A stretch of DNA of 64,000 bases from Piromyces finnis finn (GCA_002104945.1 MCFH01000029.1:603899-667898); one strand, 5' to 3'. Counted from the first letter of the stretch, positions 28,158 through 43,700 are shown. Notes: a model not told the origin generated them from the letters alone. Translations and numbers: made by a program.

Positions 28158-29673
28158 ATGAAAACAGGAGGAAGCTCAGGTATTGTTCAATATGCCGTCC
28201 CAATTTTGGCTTATTGTTGTTCTTCAATTTGTATGACTGTTGTAAACAAGGTCGTATTGAGTGCTTACAAATTTAAAATGAACTTTATGTTATTAATGTT
28301 CCAAGTAAGTTTCATATTATATCTATAATAAAATAGAAATTACAAAAAGAAAAAAAGGGGGAAAAGGAGAATAAAAATAAAAAAATATTAAAAAAATATA
28401 TAAAACATTAGGATTAAAATTTTTAAGATTTTAATAAAGCCAAAAATTATTCTTAATAATTCAAATATTAATTTTTCATATACATTTATATTATTAAAAT
28501 AGTCTTTAATTCCAGTTTTATTATTAGAAATCTTCACAAAATTAAGACTTATTCCAAAGCATAGATCTTTTAAATGGGAAGAGGGTATTAAATGTAAGTA
28601 GAAAAGTAAAAATGACATTTAATGTTTTGAGAATATAAAAAATACGTATAATAATATAATGTTAATCTAATTTTTAAATTTTAAAAAAACATGCTATTTC
28701 TTATTATATTCAAAATCTTAATTTCTAAATTAAAAAGGGTTCCCAATTTCTTGTGGTTTAGTTGTTATGATTTATACTGGTAGTAAAGCTGTTCAATACC
28801 TTCCAATCCCACTTTACACTATCTTTAAAAATATTACTATTATTTTGATTGCTTATGGTGAACGTTTATGGTTTGGTGGTTCTCGTGTTAGCAAGCCAAT
28901 GTTCATTAGTTTTATGTTAATGATTTTATCATCAGTTGTTGGTGGATGGGCTGATATTCGTGCTAGTAGTTTAGTTAAAGATAAAGAAGTTGGTGTAATT
29001 CGTTCTTACTTCTGGATGTTCTTAAACTGTTTCTGTTGTGCAGCCTACACTCTTTTCCTTCGTTCACAATTAAAAAAATTTAATTTCAAGGATTTCGATA
29101 CCGTATTCTACAATAATCTTATTAGTGTTCCAATTTTAATTTTATGTAGTCTTGTTGCTGAATCAGGATACATATCTGAATACAAAGCATACTACTTCCC
29201 AGAAGATCCAACTCTATATGAAACTAGACATAGTGAATTCGTTGGTCTCTGTACTGGTATTCTCATTAGTAGTATTGCTTCCTTTGCCATCAGTTATTGT
29301 AGTTCATGGTGTGTTCGTGTTACTTCATCCACTACTTACAGTATGGTTGGTGCATTAAATAAGTTACCAATTTCAGTTGCTGGTATGATCTTCTTTGATG
29401 ATCCAGTTACTTTCGGTGGTATTTGTGGTGTCGCTATTGGTAAGTTTTATAAATATACTATTAATAATAATACTAAATACAAAAACAATAAAAAAAAAAT
29501 AGTTATTAATAAAAAAATTATTTCTTTTTTTTAATATAGCATTCGCTAGTGGTATATTGTTCAGTTATGCCAAGACTCACTTAAACAATGAACCAAAGAA
29601 CATATTACCATTAACAACAATTAAGGATGATAAAGAATATAAAGCAGTAGATAGAAATGAAAAAGCAATCTAG
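28158..29673 (+). CDS. VRG4: Golgi GDP-mannose transporter (VRG4/GONST family), 4 exons (28158-28304, 28503-28593, 28738-29439, 29540-29673), 357 aa
   Basis: Motifs AYCCSSICMTVVNKVVLS, MIYTGSKAVQYLPIPLYTIFKNITII, DTVFYNN and SSTTYSMVGALNK (GALNK motif). Splicing restores a 1074-nt frame. Confidence 0.92.
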
Positions 29674-30265
29674 ATAATTATTATCATTTTTAATATTTTT
29701 CATAATTTTTCAATTCAAATTTTTCTTCCAGTTTTTTCCATGTTATTTTTTATTATTTTTCTTATTTTATAATTTATACTTTAATTAATTATTATACAAT
29801 CTATAGAGGAAAAGGATGGAAGGGAAAAAAAGAAATGAAAAAAGAAAAGAATCATTAAAAATAATAATATTTTATAAAAAAAAAAAAAAAAGCATACAAT
29901 AATAATAGGATTAATAACAAAAAACATTATTTCAAGCACTCTATGGCTAATTAAAATCATAATCTAAAGGGATTTTTATTTTTTTTTTACATATATATAT
30001 ACAAACATAAATATCAAAAAAAATATATACATTCTTAAAATATATGTATATTAGAAATAGAAAAAAAAATAAAGTGTTTTTATATATGAATAGATTCAAC
30101 ATTAATTTAAATTAAATAATATAAAATACTATTTAGAACATACCAAAAATCAATAATATAATAATAGAGTTTACCAATGTTATATTCACCTGTTTACCGA
30201 ATATATAATTATATTATTGTATTTTTTTTTTTTTTTTTTTAATTATAATGTTTTATTTAATAATG

Positions 30266-30311
<46 letters not shown>

Positions 30312-31047
30312 ATGAAAAGAATGAAAAGAAAGTAAAGAAAGTTTTATATTATTTTACTTTTAAGATTAATCTATTATACACTAAAATAAAAAGAATGAAA
30401 ATAAAAATAAAAAAAAATTAAATATATATATTTTTTTTTTATCATTTAAATATTTTAAATGTATTGACTTACCATAATACTATAGATAATGATAAAAAAA
30501 AATAAAAGAGTAATGTTTTATTCTATTTTTTTTTTATTATTATTGTTGTTGTTGTTAAAATGTTTTATAAAACAACATATATAAATGATAGTTAAGGATT
30601 AATATATAAATTATTTAACATTATAGTATTCTATTTTCTATTTTATTTAAACTTTTTTAATAAATTGTGTTTAAATCTAAGAAAAGGTCTATAAAATTTA
30701 TATAAAAAATAATGTATAATATCAACTGCTTCATCTATTCTTGAAATTATAATCATTATTATTTCATCCTTTCGTTTTAATACCATACATTATAATTTTA
30801 TTTAATAAGAAAAGTGCTTGCTTTTTTTTTTTCTACCATAAATAAAAATAAATTTTGTAGTATGGTGGTAAACTATATATAATAATTTTTATATGTAAAA
30901 AAAATTTTATAACATAAAAATTTTTTATTCCATAATAAAATTTAATATTAAAATTTTATATATATATAAAAGTTATAAGAATACTTTTTTTTTTTTTTTT
31001 TCTTTACTATAACTTTTAAAATATTTAGTAATAAATAGATAGATCAT

Positions 31048-31344
31048 ATGGATTTAGCTGACGAAGAATTATCACTCCCAAAAGGTAAAAAAAAAAAAAA
31101 TAAAAAAAGAACTATATACATAAAAAATATATATATTAATATAAACAATTAATAGTATTAAAAATAAAAAATATCAATTAAAAATAATAAAATCAAAATA
31201 ATAAAATCAATTAAAAAAATAATTCATTGTAATCATTAAAAGAAATTATATAAAAAAAAATAAATAAAAAAGAGTTTTAAAGCATGAATGATATTTTAAT
31301 AGTATAATTATAAACGTAAAAAATCTTTTTTTTTCTATTACTAC

Positions 31345-31392
<48 letters not shown>

Positions 31393-32921
31393 AGAATATT
31401 TAGGGTTTTAATTAAAATATTACATCTTAAAAAGTTAATCAATAATACACCACCACACTCAAAAAGAAAGAATTAGTTTTTTTTTTTTTTTACTAATTAA
31501 TAATTGATTTCTTAAAATTAAAACCTAAATTAAAAAAAGAAAAAATATTCCTTGTTTTTATTTTCCATTAAACTTTTATCTTTAAATTATAGTATAATAT
31601 TTCTTACTAATAATAATTCTTTTTTCATATATTAAACTTAAATATACATAAATACATATAAATAAATAAAGCTACCATTACAAAGCTTGTCAATGAAATG
31701 ATGCCTGAGGACATTACTTGTCCAAAGGAAACACGTGATTTACTTTCAGAATGTTGTGTTGGTAAGATTTTTATTTAAAGCATTATTATTCATCAACAAA
31801 TTAGCTTCAAGCCATAAAATTTTTAATAAATATGTTTTCATGAAAAAAATACTTATTCTAACTATTTAATTATTATATAAATAAATATATGTCTTATATA
31901 TATAATATTCATATTAAATAATTCTCTTATTCAATAATTCAATAAATCAATTACCATGCTTAATGGATTAAAATTAATTATAATTATTTATCATCCTTAA
32001 TTTATAAAAATATTTTAATCAAATATTTAATATTTTTTGTATTTAAAATTTTATATTTTTAACGCAATAGAATTCATTCATTTAATTGCATCAGAAGCCA
32101 ATGAAATATGTGAAAAAGATACCAAAAAAACAATTGCAGGAGAACATGTTGTATCCGCATTAGAAGTAAATATGGAAATATATATAAAATATAAATAAAT
32201 CACAATCGCTTTTACTGAATTATCAATGAAAAGGAATACATAATATAAAATGGATAAAAAATAATTCTTATAGCATTTCCCAATTTAATATTAATCTATT
32301 ATTTTATTTTATTTTTTTTATCTCTATTTTTTTTTTTTTTCTGTTTCTTTGTTTTTTACTTATTAGTCCTTAGGTTTCGAAGATTATGTATCTGAAATAA
32401 AAGAAGTATTAAATGAATACCAAAAACAACAAAAGGTTAGAAATGATTAAATTAAGAATTTCATTTGAAATCTCATCGATTATAAATTAATATTCCTCTT
32501 TATTTCTTTATTATTCACGTTTATATTATAATTTTTATTATATTTTATATAATATAACCATAACATTTAAATAAAAAAAAAACATTTAATATAAATGATA
32601 CTTGAAATTAATACAATAATATTTATCATCTATTAAAAAAAAAAGGATCGTGAAAAGCGTTCTTCAAGACTTGAACATTCTGCTTTATCACAAGAAGAAT
32701 TACTTCAATATCAAGAAGAACTCTTTAGAAATTCTAGAATGAGAATGGCTCAAGGCGTAGAAGAGACTTCTCTTGCTGCTGCACAAAATCAATCCCAACA
32801 AACCTCAGATGGTATACAGCAACAAAATCAACAATCATCACAGACACCACAATCTTCTTCAGCAATGGATACAGAAACCACAGTAATGGCAGAAGGAAAT
32901 GCAGGTCTATCTAACCTATGA
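31048..32921 (+). CDS. NCB2: Negative cofactor 2 beta subunit (Dr1/NC2-beta, histone fold), 5 exons (31048-31084, 31672-31761, 32071-32165, 32367-32435, 32646-32921), 188 aa
   Basis: Spliced protein DEELSLPKATITKLVNEMMP..ETRDLLSECCVEFIHLIASEANEICEKDTKKTIAGEHVVSALESLGF..EELLQYQEELF; 567-nt frame. Confidence 0.92.
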
Positions 32922-33018
32922 AATTAAAAGGAAAATAATATAAATTGGAAAAAAAATGAATCAATATTAACATCATCGCTTAATAATCATAACCATTTAT
33001 TTATTTTTTTTTTATAAC

Positions 33019-33051
<33 letters not shown>

Positions 33052-33588
33052 CAAAATCATCAGCATTATCATCATCATAGTTTCTCCTTTTTCTTCAATC
33101 ACTATATATATATATATATAACATTTTTTTATCCTATTTAAAATAAAGAGAAAGGGAAATGGAATAAATACTAAAATTATCTAATTTTATTGTTTTTTAA
33201 ACCATCTAATAGAGATAATATAACGGTAATAATGGTGATGATGCTATACAATTGTTGAAAAAAAAATAGTTATATCAAGTTTATAACTTTTTTTTTTTTC
33301 TATTATTATTATAATTATTTTATGAAATATATAATCAATATCTTTGGTTAATTTAATTTATATAAGATTATATATATATAATATAATGTTTTATTATTCC
33401 ACCACCCAATATTTATTCATAATTTTCTTATATATATTTATTTAAATATAGATATACAATTTACAAAAAGAAATGTTAAAAAAAAAAAAGAAAAAAAGAA
33501 AAAGACTTTATATTTATTGAAAATATAAAATAACTTTATTTTTCTTCATTTTTTTTGTTTTTTTTTTTTTTTTAACTATATATAATTA

Positions 33589-33621
<33 letters not shown>

Positions 33622-33825
33622 AAAAATTAAAAAAAAACTATAGTTTATATCAAATTTTATATATACAAGTTATACTTTATTATTTATTTATTTATTATAA
33701 TTATTTATTTTATTCTTTAATAACTTTTTTTTTTTTTTTAATCTTATCCTCTAGTTTTCACATTTGTGTGTGTGTATGCGTATAAATAATGTCTATCTTT
33801 TTTATTTATATATAAATATATTCAA

Positions 33826-36800
33826 TTATGATTGTAAATCAATAGAGGCTAAGTGTCTCATGGTTGGTCTACCATGTGGACAATTCCATGGTTGATCCAT
33901 TTCACTCATATGATTAAGAATCTATTTAAATTTTATATATATGAAATATTAGAGTATGATTTTAAATGTTTAAAAATAGGTTGGTATAATTAATTGGGGT
34001 AATTCACTTACAGTTTTCATTTTCTTATGAGTTAATGCCATACCAACCATCACTGATTTTCTACATGCTATAAAAATCAAATATAAAATATATAAAAAAA
34101 AAAAAAAAGTAATAATAATTTGTAAATAAATTATATATATATATAATTTTTTTTTTTTTTTTTTTTTTTTTTGTATGTTTTCAATCATATTACCTCTGGA
34201 AGCATACATTGCTTCTAACTTTGAACATTTAATAATGGTATTAGGTGGTTCATCTACTAATCTTGGAATTAATTCTTCCAAATCTTTTTTTTAAAAATAA
34301 AAAAAATAAAAAAAAAAAAAATGTTTGTTATTCAAACTATATATAAATATATTATGGTTTTATTTTATGAAAATGTCTATTACCTTTAATGCCAAATTCA
34401 ACATTTTTACTATACGGTTGTGTAAGAAGAGAAATGCGTTGAGTTGGTGGTTGTTCCATATCTACTTTTAATTCAAAACCATTAGCTTTAAAGGTATCTA
34501 AATGTTCCATAACAATATGTTCATCCTTGGCAGTTAATTCGAGAGGACGTGGCTTTAAAAGCCGTTGATTTTGAATATTGGTTGTTTTTTTTAAACTTTC
34601 AAAATTATATTTTTCATCACTTTGCATTAAATTGTAGAAATTATTTAAAAAAAATAATCATCATCAAAGTATACGAGCGTATATTTAAACAAAATTAATA
34701 AAAATATGTAAAAAAAAAAAAAAAAAAAAAAGAACCTTTATTAATTTATTTTTATTATTATTATTATTATTATTATTTGTTGTTGTTGTTGTTGTTGTTG
34801 TTGTTATTAGTATCGTTGTTATCTACCTGGCATGTTGATCTACAATAAAAAGTTCTTGAGTTTCTGCCGTTCGTAGTCGAGCAATAATAAAACCTAAATT
34901 AAATTGACCCAATACATCCATATTCTTAAAATCTTCTTTAGAAATGATATGAGCTAAACGTGCTGTCGATGTTAATTCATCCTCTTTGGCAATATTAGTA
35001 CGTGTAATAGTCATACTATTATTTTCTAGGGATCCAGAGGATTTCTCCATTAATTTTTTTAATTTTTTTTGTATCTTAATCTTATTGTGTTTTCGTACAT
35101 AATCTAAATGAACAGAATAATCTATATCTGGATGGATGGTACCACGATACTGAACTTTTGTTTTTGTCTTTGAAGAAAAAATAGAATGAGGTGAATCAGC
35201 GGGTGAATAATCTGTATAACTCTCTTTTTCTTTCTTACCCTTAATAGAAAGAATTTTTTCTAATAAAAAAAATTTAATTAATATAATGAAAAGAATTAAA
35301 ATAGATAATACTTTACTTGCTTTTTACATACTGCTATAATAGGGATAAAAATCCTATTATTCTATTACTATTGATAACTAACCTATTCCATTTTCTAATT
35401 TTCTGATTTTTTGTGGAGTTGAAATATTATTCTCTTCTTCCATAATAGATTCATTTTCTATCATTGGTATATCTTCTTTGGAGTTTTTATTCATTTAGCA
35501 TGATAAATATACCAATTATTAAAAATATGAATTAAAAATAATATTAAATAATTAATAACTATATCAAATAATAATAATGATGATGATGATGATGATATAT
35601 AATATTATCAATAAAAATAACAACTATTATTTTTTCTAAGTAATAAGTATAAAAGAATAAAATGTTGAAATTATTTATTAAAATAAAATAAAATAAAAAA
35701 AAAAAAAAAAGTATTTAAAATATAAAATAATAAAAATGATAATCATTTATTACCATCCAAATCTGAAGATTTTTTATCAACTTTCTTAAAAATAGAATCA
35801 ATAGTTTGGTTATTTTCTTTTGATATCTTTGGTGATAATAATAAAACTTTTTTATCTACAGGCTCTAAATCTTCGGCATGACTAAAGGAACTCTTTAGTT
35901 GGGAAAGAGAACGCAGAGAGGCGGAAAGGTTATTACTATTTATTTTTGATGTCTGATAATTAATACCAGAAGTAGCAACAATGTTACGATAAGGTTCACA
36001 AAATTTTATTAATTCCTCTCGAAGTTGAGTTACTAACTCTTCCTCATTATGAATTAAAATGGTACGTTTATTAGGAGTGACATTGATATCATACTCATCT
36101 AAATAAAGAGAAGAAAATACAGCACAATGCATTAAAATACAATTAAAAAATTATGATGGTGATAATAATAACATAAATATTATACTAATATTTAAAATAT
36201 TTATTTATCGTTTAAATTATTCTACCTGACTTAACTTCAATATTGACAACAACAATTGGATACTGATGCATATTAAACATTCGATAAACTTCATTAATAC
36301 ATTTTGATATCTATTTCATTATTAATGAATAATTTGTACAAATCATTTAATATAAATGAAATGTTATATATATAAAGCAAAGTAATTATAAATATATATA
36401 ATTTAAAGCATTAATCCGTGTCCTTATAGTTTACCTTTTGTAAATCACATGGTCTTTGATTAATAAAATAATACTGTCGGTCATTACTATTTCTCCCACA
36501 TGAATTCGTTGGCTGAGATATAAAACCTTTTATAGTTATTCTTAAAAAAAAATAGATTTATGAGATATGCTACTTAAAGTACTCGTATAAAACTAATAAT
36601 TTTATAGTTAATAGGATCCTTGTTATAAATAATTAAGATAGATACCCAGAATTTATATTAAATGAAAAATCTATTTCAGTGAGAAGTTTTGTAACTTTAC
36701 TTCCAAAAATATTTGAAATATTATCCTTCATTAATTTATTACATTGAGTAGAAAAGCAAATATCACGAGAACTATAAGTATATAGTATATATATTAAAAA

Positions 36801-37393
36801 TATATAAAAAAAAAAAGGTAGCTTAATAAATATTAATTATTTGCAATAAAAAACCTATCTATAACAAACCATATTCTATATGTTGAACTTACCCTTTTGG
36901 TGGTTTATTACTACAAACAATTTTAACATCTGTACATACAAGAGCATACCCTTGAAGAATACTTAAACATTTTGCATATTCACGTCTTATATTTTTTTTA
37001 AAAGTTTTCTGACGCACAGGAAAAAGTTCAAAAAAGTTTTTCATATAGATAGTAGTACCTTGTTTTCTCGCTACTGATTCTTTTTTAACTAAATTTCCTT
37101 GATAGTCATATTCTAATTTAACACCCATAGGTTCCTGTTCTTTTGTACATGAAATAATAACAAGGTTTGAAGAGGCACATATAGAACTCAGTGCTTCCCC
37201 TTTATTTATTAAATATAGCATACATAAAATTTTTGAAAAATTAGTTTTTAAATTATAAATTATTGTCTTTTACATTTTAAAAAAAAATTCTATTATTCTT
37301 TTAATTTGTCCATATCAAAAATACATATATAGTATTGGTTTATTATTCAAACTTTTAATCACATTTATACAAAAAATATAATTAGTATATACA

Positions 37394-37459
<66 letters not shown>

Positions 37460-38026
37460 CTGAATTTTCTGAATTAGGATTTCAAATTTCAGAATTTAAA
37501 AAAATTTAAAATTTAAAAAGAAATACAAATGAAATAATAATTCTATTCATGTTTTTTCCATTTTTCTATAAAAGCAACTTTTATAATGAACTATTTTTAA
37601 AATAGCTGGTTACATAAACAAATTTTAATGTAAAACAACTTGATTCAATTTATTGAATATAAAATTTTGTCCTCTAAAATTATTACTTTATTTAAAATAT
37701 TATATATATATATTGATACCTCTAAAACCATAAGTTGATAGTTGCTCAAGTTGGTTAAATTCCTGTAACTTTGAGGTGTAATGAGGTAACGCAATACTTT
37801 CATAATCATCTGGATTTATACCTATTCCATTATCAATAATAGTAATACTATCTAAACCATAATTGTTAAATTGAATTTCAATGGATGTTGCCTTAGCATC
37901 TAAACTATTTTCTATAACTTCTTTAACAGCTGTTGAAAGATCTAAAATTACTTGACCTGAACAAATTTGATTGATAGTATCTTTATCTAAAGATTTTATT
38001 TTTGAGGTCTTTCCTTGATAAGTCAT
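33826..38026 (-). CDS. PMS1: MutL-alpha endonuclease subunit (fungal PMS1 / human PMS2 type), multi-exon
   Basis: GHKL ATPase start ([37 protein letters not shown]), VNVTPNKR-like DINVTPNKR segment, C-terminal [10 protein letters not shown], endonuclease motif [12 protein letters not shown] across an intron, ACRKSVMVG and [13 protein letters not shown]. Confidence 0.93.
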
Positions 38027-38410
38027 ATTATATATATTATTTATAATAAATTCTGATATTAAATAATATTTAAATGATATTCATTAACATGGATAGAATA
38101 ACTATAATTGGTATATTAAAATAAATAAATATATATGTATATATATTTAATTAAATACAGAATAAGAAAAAAAAAGATAATAAAAATAATTCTTTAATTT
38201 TAAATTTACTGAAATTTTTAAATTATTACACCAACATGTAACATGTATAGGTATAATAATAATAATACTAGTATTATTATAAGGTATATAAAATTTTTAT
38301 TTCTATATTTTATAAAATTAATTTATTATAATTTCTTGTTAATTTTTTATAATTTTTCTACTTTTGAAATATAATATATAATTTTTCATTATTATAAATT
38401 TTATTATTAT

Positions 38411-38412
<2 letters not shown>

Positions 38413-38499
<87 letters not shown>

Positions 38500-38500
38500 T
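38413..38500. repeat. (TTTA)n microsatellite, about 22 units
   Basis: Directly visible. Confidence 0.9.
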
Positions 38501-40579
38501 CACAACGTTGTAACAGCTACAAAACAGTAAACGATTGTAACGCCTTGAACATATAGAGTCTTATTGAATTTTTATATTCTATATTCTTATAATTATTTCT
38601 ATTATGAAAACAAGAGCAATGTGGAATTTAAAAGTAGCTTATTGAACTTTTTTTTATAAAAAATGTAATAATAGCTAATTACAACAATAAATAGATTTGT
38701 CAATAAGGATAAAGAATTCATTTATTTTATATAGAAAACCTATGTGAAAAATAGGATTACAAAATATAAATGAACTAAAAATTAGTTAAAATAAGTTATA
38801 TCGAACTAAACGGAAAACACGGATCTTGCTCTAAATATTGTTGCTAATTTAGATTTGATGTATATGATAAAAACTTTTCAAAATGTAAATATTATATTTA
38901 AAATTACTTTTTCCTTTTTGATAATGCATCAATTAAAAATGAGCCTTGGTTTTAACGCATTTCACTGCTATAATAAAAAAAGTAGTCATGACTATTCATA
39001 TTATTTCTACTATTAACAGACATTTTATACATTGATATATTTTAAAAAATTTAAATGGAAAGAAAATACAGTTATGCTTGCCATTAAATAATAATAATAA
39101 TACAAACTTAAAATTGTTCTTACATCTATCATAATAAGTGATATATACCAAAATCAGGTTATAAAATTTATTTTTTATATGTTTTTCACGTTGTTTGGAT
39201 TTTATTTATGTTCTAATGGGTTTATATTTGTATGATAAATTCAGAAAAAATCAAAAAAATTGATAAATATGGTTTTACACTATTAATGAAAATATAAAAT
39301 TATTAAGGTAGGAACATATTACAAACAGTATTTAATCAAAGGATCAATGAAAATTCTTAATATCTTAAAACAATCCATGAAGATATATATTTAATATATA
39401 TATAAGTGAAGATGATGTTAATAAAATTAATATACTACTTATACAATTTTAATTTATAGTATACTTCTAATGAAAACACAAATATATATATCATGGATAT
39501 TAGTTTTATGAAACATTTTTTATTCCCGGTTTTATTTTTTATTTAATATAAACTATAACAATATAATTTAAAAAGTATTTATACAATTTATACATCATCA
39601 TAATTATATTATTTTATAAAAATATATTTTATTATAATATATTTTATTAATATATCATAGATTTAAGGTTTAAACTTTTTAGGTAATTTCTATGTTATCT
39701 TTTTTTTCACTATAATTAATATTAATTGTTTTTACATTTTTTTATTATATATCTTTCACACCTTTGGATGCTTTCATTGTCACACCTCTATTCTTTTTAA
39801 CTTTATAAAATAATTTATAATTTAATTTAATTTCTGTTTTCTATACAATTGAAAATAACAAACTTTATCCAATCATTTTAAGGTTTAATATTATTAAAAA
39901 TATATTATTTAATTATAACCTAATATATTAAGAGTATAATGAATTTCCAAAATAAAAAGTGTTACAGTAAACTTTAAAATAGGCAAAAAAGAAAAAGTTT
40001 TAGAAAGTTGATATACCCTTTTTTATTTAATATTACTAATAAATATATCAAAATGACACACGCTAAAGAAGAAATATAATTTAAATAATAAAATAAAATA
40101 TAATATTAGATACTCTATAATATTACTGACTTTATAATAATAAGAATAAATTTTAATAATTAATTATATTTTTATTAAATCATAATTTTATCATTCTATA
40201 AATAGATATGAATATATTATCATTTCGTTTGATAAATATATCTGTTAATTTTGTGTATTACTTTTAGGTTCTTTCAACCTATTATTACTTTATATATTTC
40301 ATTAATTAGTTTATTATTAGGATTAATTTATTTTTTATTTCAAAAATATTATTTTAATATAAAAGAACGCTTATACCATTTGCTTATTTTATAATGCAAA
40401 TGACCTTTCTATAAATTTATTTTTTCATATTATCAATGTTTTTTTAATTTAATTAAGCATTCACATTCTACATTTACTATTTATAATCACAAATAAGTTT
40501 CCATGGATAAATTAAAAAAGTTTATTGAAGGTAATGAACTAAATCTATCATTTTTATTAATTATAATATTAAGTTGCTA

Positions 40580-40580
<1 letters not shown>

Positions 40581-40659
<79 letters not shown>
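40581..40659. repeat. (ATT)n microsatellite, about 26 units
   Basis: Directly visible. Confidence 0.9.
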
Positions 40660-41267
40660 GTTAATAAAATAACCCAATAGTTAAAATATTCTATTATTTT
40701 TTTTGGTAAAAGTCATAAACTTTAGTGTTATTACTACTTTTTTTTTCTTTATAAAATAATAATATTAATTATAATTTTTTTCCATTATTAATATTATCTT
40801 TTTAATATGAATAGTTTTTTTTTTTTGGTATATTAAAAAGTATTAAATAATATATTTATAAAAGATTTACCACGAATCATGAAATAAAAAATTTATATAT
40901 ATAAAATTATAAAATATCCTATTATTTGAATATTAATATAACAATAATAATATTTATAATTTTTAATAATAATTTATATTAAATAATAATAAATTAAAAA
41001 AAAAAAATTGATATAAAATAAAAAGTAAAGGATCGAATTTTATAATTTTTTTTTTTTTTAAAAATAAAAAGTAATAATAATTAATAACCAAAAAAAAAAA
41101 ACTTTAAAAAAACATAAGCAAAGTATAGGCATAAAAAAGAAAAAGATTTTTTAAAACTTTTTAATTATAGTTAAACCATAAAGATATAATTAAAAAGTTA
41201 ACTTTTTATATTAAAAAAAACTACCTTACAATAAACTAAACTATATATTAATAATAATAATTTTAAA

Positions 41268-42004
41268 ATGGGTTCTGTTATCGTAAAAAGATCTAAAATT
41301 GCTTCCTATGCCTCAGGTTTATTAGTAAGTTTCGATTATAATTTAATAAATATTTAAATATATTAATAATACAAAATAAACCTCAAACAATATTAATTAA
41401 TATTATAATTAATAACAAACTAAAAGTTCGGTGCTGGTTGGTGGTTAATTCTTGATATTATTATCTATTTCAACAACATCGGTAAAAGTAAAGATAAGGA
41501 TCCAAATGAGGCTATTACCTTCATTACCTTCCTTCCAGGAATCATTGGAACTATAGGTTTCTTCTTGTAAGCATCAGATATATTAAAAAAAAAAAAAAAG
41601 TATTTATCTAATTTTTTAATTTGTATTTTAAATAGAGTAAACTTCCTTCCAAGAAATGCATTAAACATTAATGAAGAAACAGGTATTTCTGCAGGCAAAA
41701 GTTTATATATTATTATTGCTTTTGCTGTAACTTTCGCAGGTATTATATCTGGATTTTGGGTATTATTCTCAAAATACACTGGTGAATCTTACTGTAAATA
41801 TGGAGTATTTATGGTTATGCAAAGTTTATGTATATTCTTAAGGTATATATAAAACCAAACACCGAAATATATATTTAAATTATTTATAGCGAAAAAGTAA
41901 AACTAATTTTTTTTTTTTTTGTTCTTTTTGTATAAATCCTATATAAAAGTACATTTGTATTTAGATTCGGTAGACCACTTGCTGCTGAAAGTTCTTCATT
42001 CTAA
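41268..42004 (+). CDS. VPS68: Vps68/TMEM50 (UPF0220)-like four-TM membrane protein, 4 exons (41268-41324, 41427-41566, 41636-41842, 41950-42004), 152 aa; absent from the ORF track
   Basis: Spliced translation MGSVIVKRSKIASYASGLLFGAGWWLILD..FLPGIIGTIGFFLVN..QSLCIFLSTFVFRFGR fits the family pattern; GT-AG introns give a 459-nt frame. Confidence 0.8.
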
Positions 42005-43508
42005 ACTCAGCAACCCATTTTAAATAGTTTCACTTAAATAATAATTCCACCATAAAAATTATAATTAAAAAAAAAAAAGAAAACTACTATCTTTCTTATA
42101 GAATTAGTGATATCATAAATTATCTTTTTTTTTTTTTTTTTATAAATATCCATAAACTTGTTAATATTTCGAAAAAAACATCTTAATTTAATATATCTGT
42201 TTATTTTATAATAATTAATTTAACATACATTATTAATTTATTAAACGTTAAAAATGAATAAAACATTATTTCTATAATATTTAAAATAATGTTTTTTTTT
42301 ATTTTTTTCATTTTGTTTTTAATGAAAATGATAAAGAAAACTTGATATAATAATAATAAAAAAATATAAAATAAAAATCACAAAAAAAAAAGAATAAAAA
42401 ATATATAAAATATAAAATAAAAATCAATTATTTTATGTTTTTTTTTTTATAATAAAGAATTATAGTTAATATTTTTTTAGTTTCTGCTTATACACACAGT
42501 TACAATATTGCAGAATGTGTTACGAGGTTTTTTTCAAACTTTTTCTAATACCTCTCGTAATGACATTTTTAGCTATTTATTAAAATTTTTGAAAATCATT
42601 TTAAATTTATATTAAAAAAAAATTAAAATTAAAATTAAAATCATACCTTTTTTTTAATTTACTATGAAAGCCCCTTTCATCTAAATAATAAAAAAGGATA
42701 TAAAAAAAAACTAATTGCCTTTTTTTTATTTGAAATTATAAAAAGATGTTTTTTTATTATTTCTTTCTTTTTTTTTTTTTTTTACCTTTTTATTTTACTT
42801 CATTAATAAACGTCTTTTTTAAATTCCTTTTTTTTTTTCACCGCCGTTCATGAAAACTTTATTTTTTATAAAATAGAATTGATTTTCCTTTTTATTATAT
42901 ATAATTAATTTAATTATTTTCCCCTTTTTTTTTCCAATTTAAAATAAAATACGCCATAGGCCAAAAAATAAAATACTAAAAAGAAAGCTTTTTACTTCAA
43001 TTAACGTTCAACAAATCTCTTTTTATTAACACAAAAGATTCTTATTTAAATCTAATTAAATAAAAAGAATTATAGTCTACTTTATAAAAGAAAAAAATTA
43101 TAATTAACTTGTTTAAATTTATAATTGTAAACTTTAAATGAGGATTTCCAATGATGCATTCAGTTTATCTATTATTTATAAGAGTTTTTTTTTTTTTTTT
43201 TTAATATAAATAGAATAAAATATATAACTTGAAATTATATAAAACAAAATACTCTTTATCTCACTTTATTTACATTCAATATATTAAAACTTCATTGTTT
43301 GGTAATTTGATCTAAAAAAAAAAAAAATAAATTTCATATTTGTCTAAAAACTTTGTTACCTTTAAATATGTAATATCTTTCTCATTCTTTTTGTAAAATT
43401 AAAAAAAAAAAAGCTTTCCAACTATTACTCGCTTTTAATTTTTAAATTCATTTTTATTTTATATTTTATATATTATATATATATATATATTTTTTTTTTT
43501 AAATGTAT

Positions 43509-43700
43509 AAGGTGAAAGTCGGACATTTGTCATTAACGGCTTATCACCATTATATTAACATCCCGGCTTATTCACCTTGCCTTTTTTTCTTATTAACTAA
43601 AGCATCAACAGAACATCACCAAAATTAATGAATGTAATTTTGGGGGGATTTTTGCACTACTCACTTCAATGAAATGAGCCCACAAAATCTTTAGTTGTGA
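43509..43700. ncRNA. Candidate structured ncRNA or element remnant (three hairpins); identity unknown
   Basis: GC-richer island with stems AAGGTGAA/TTCACCTT plus AGTCGG/CCGGCT, CCAAAATTA/TAATTTTGG, and GATTTT/AAAATC enclosing CTCA/TGAG. Confidence 0.3.

Noticed and set aside
43574-43590. TTGCCTTTT resembling U5 snRNA loop I
   Set aside because: Lacks the invariant following AC and is not presented in a stem-loop.
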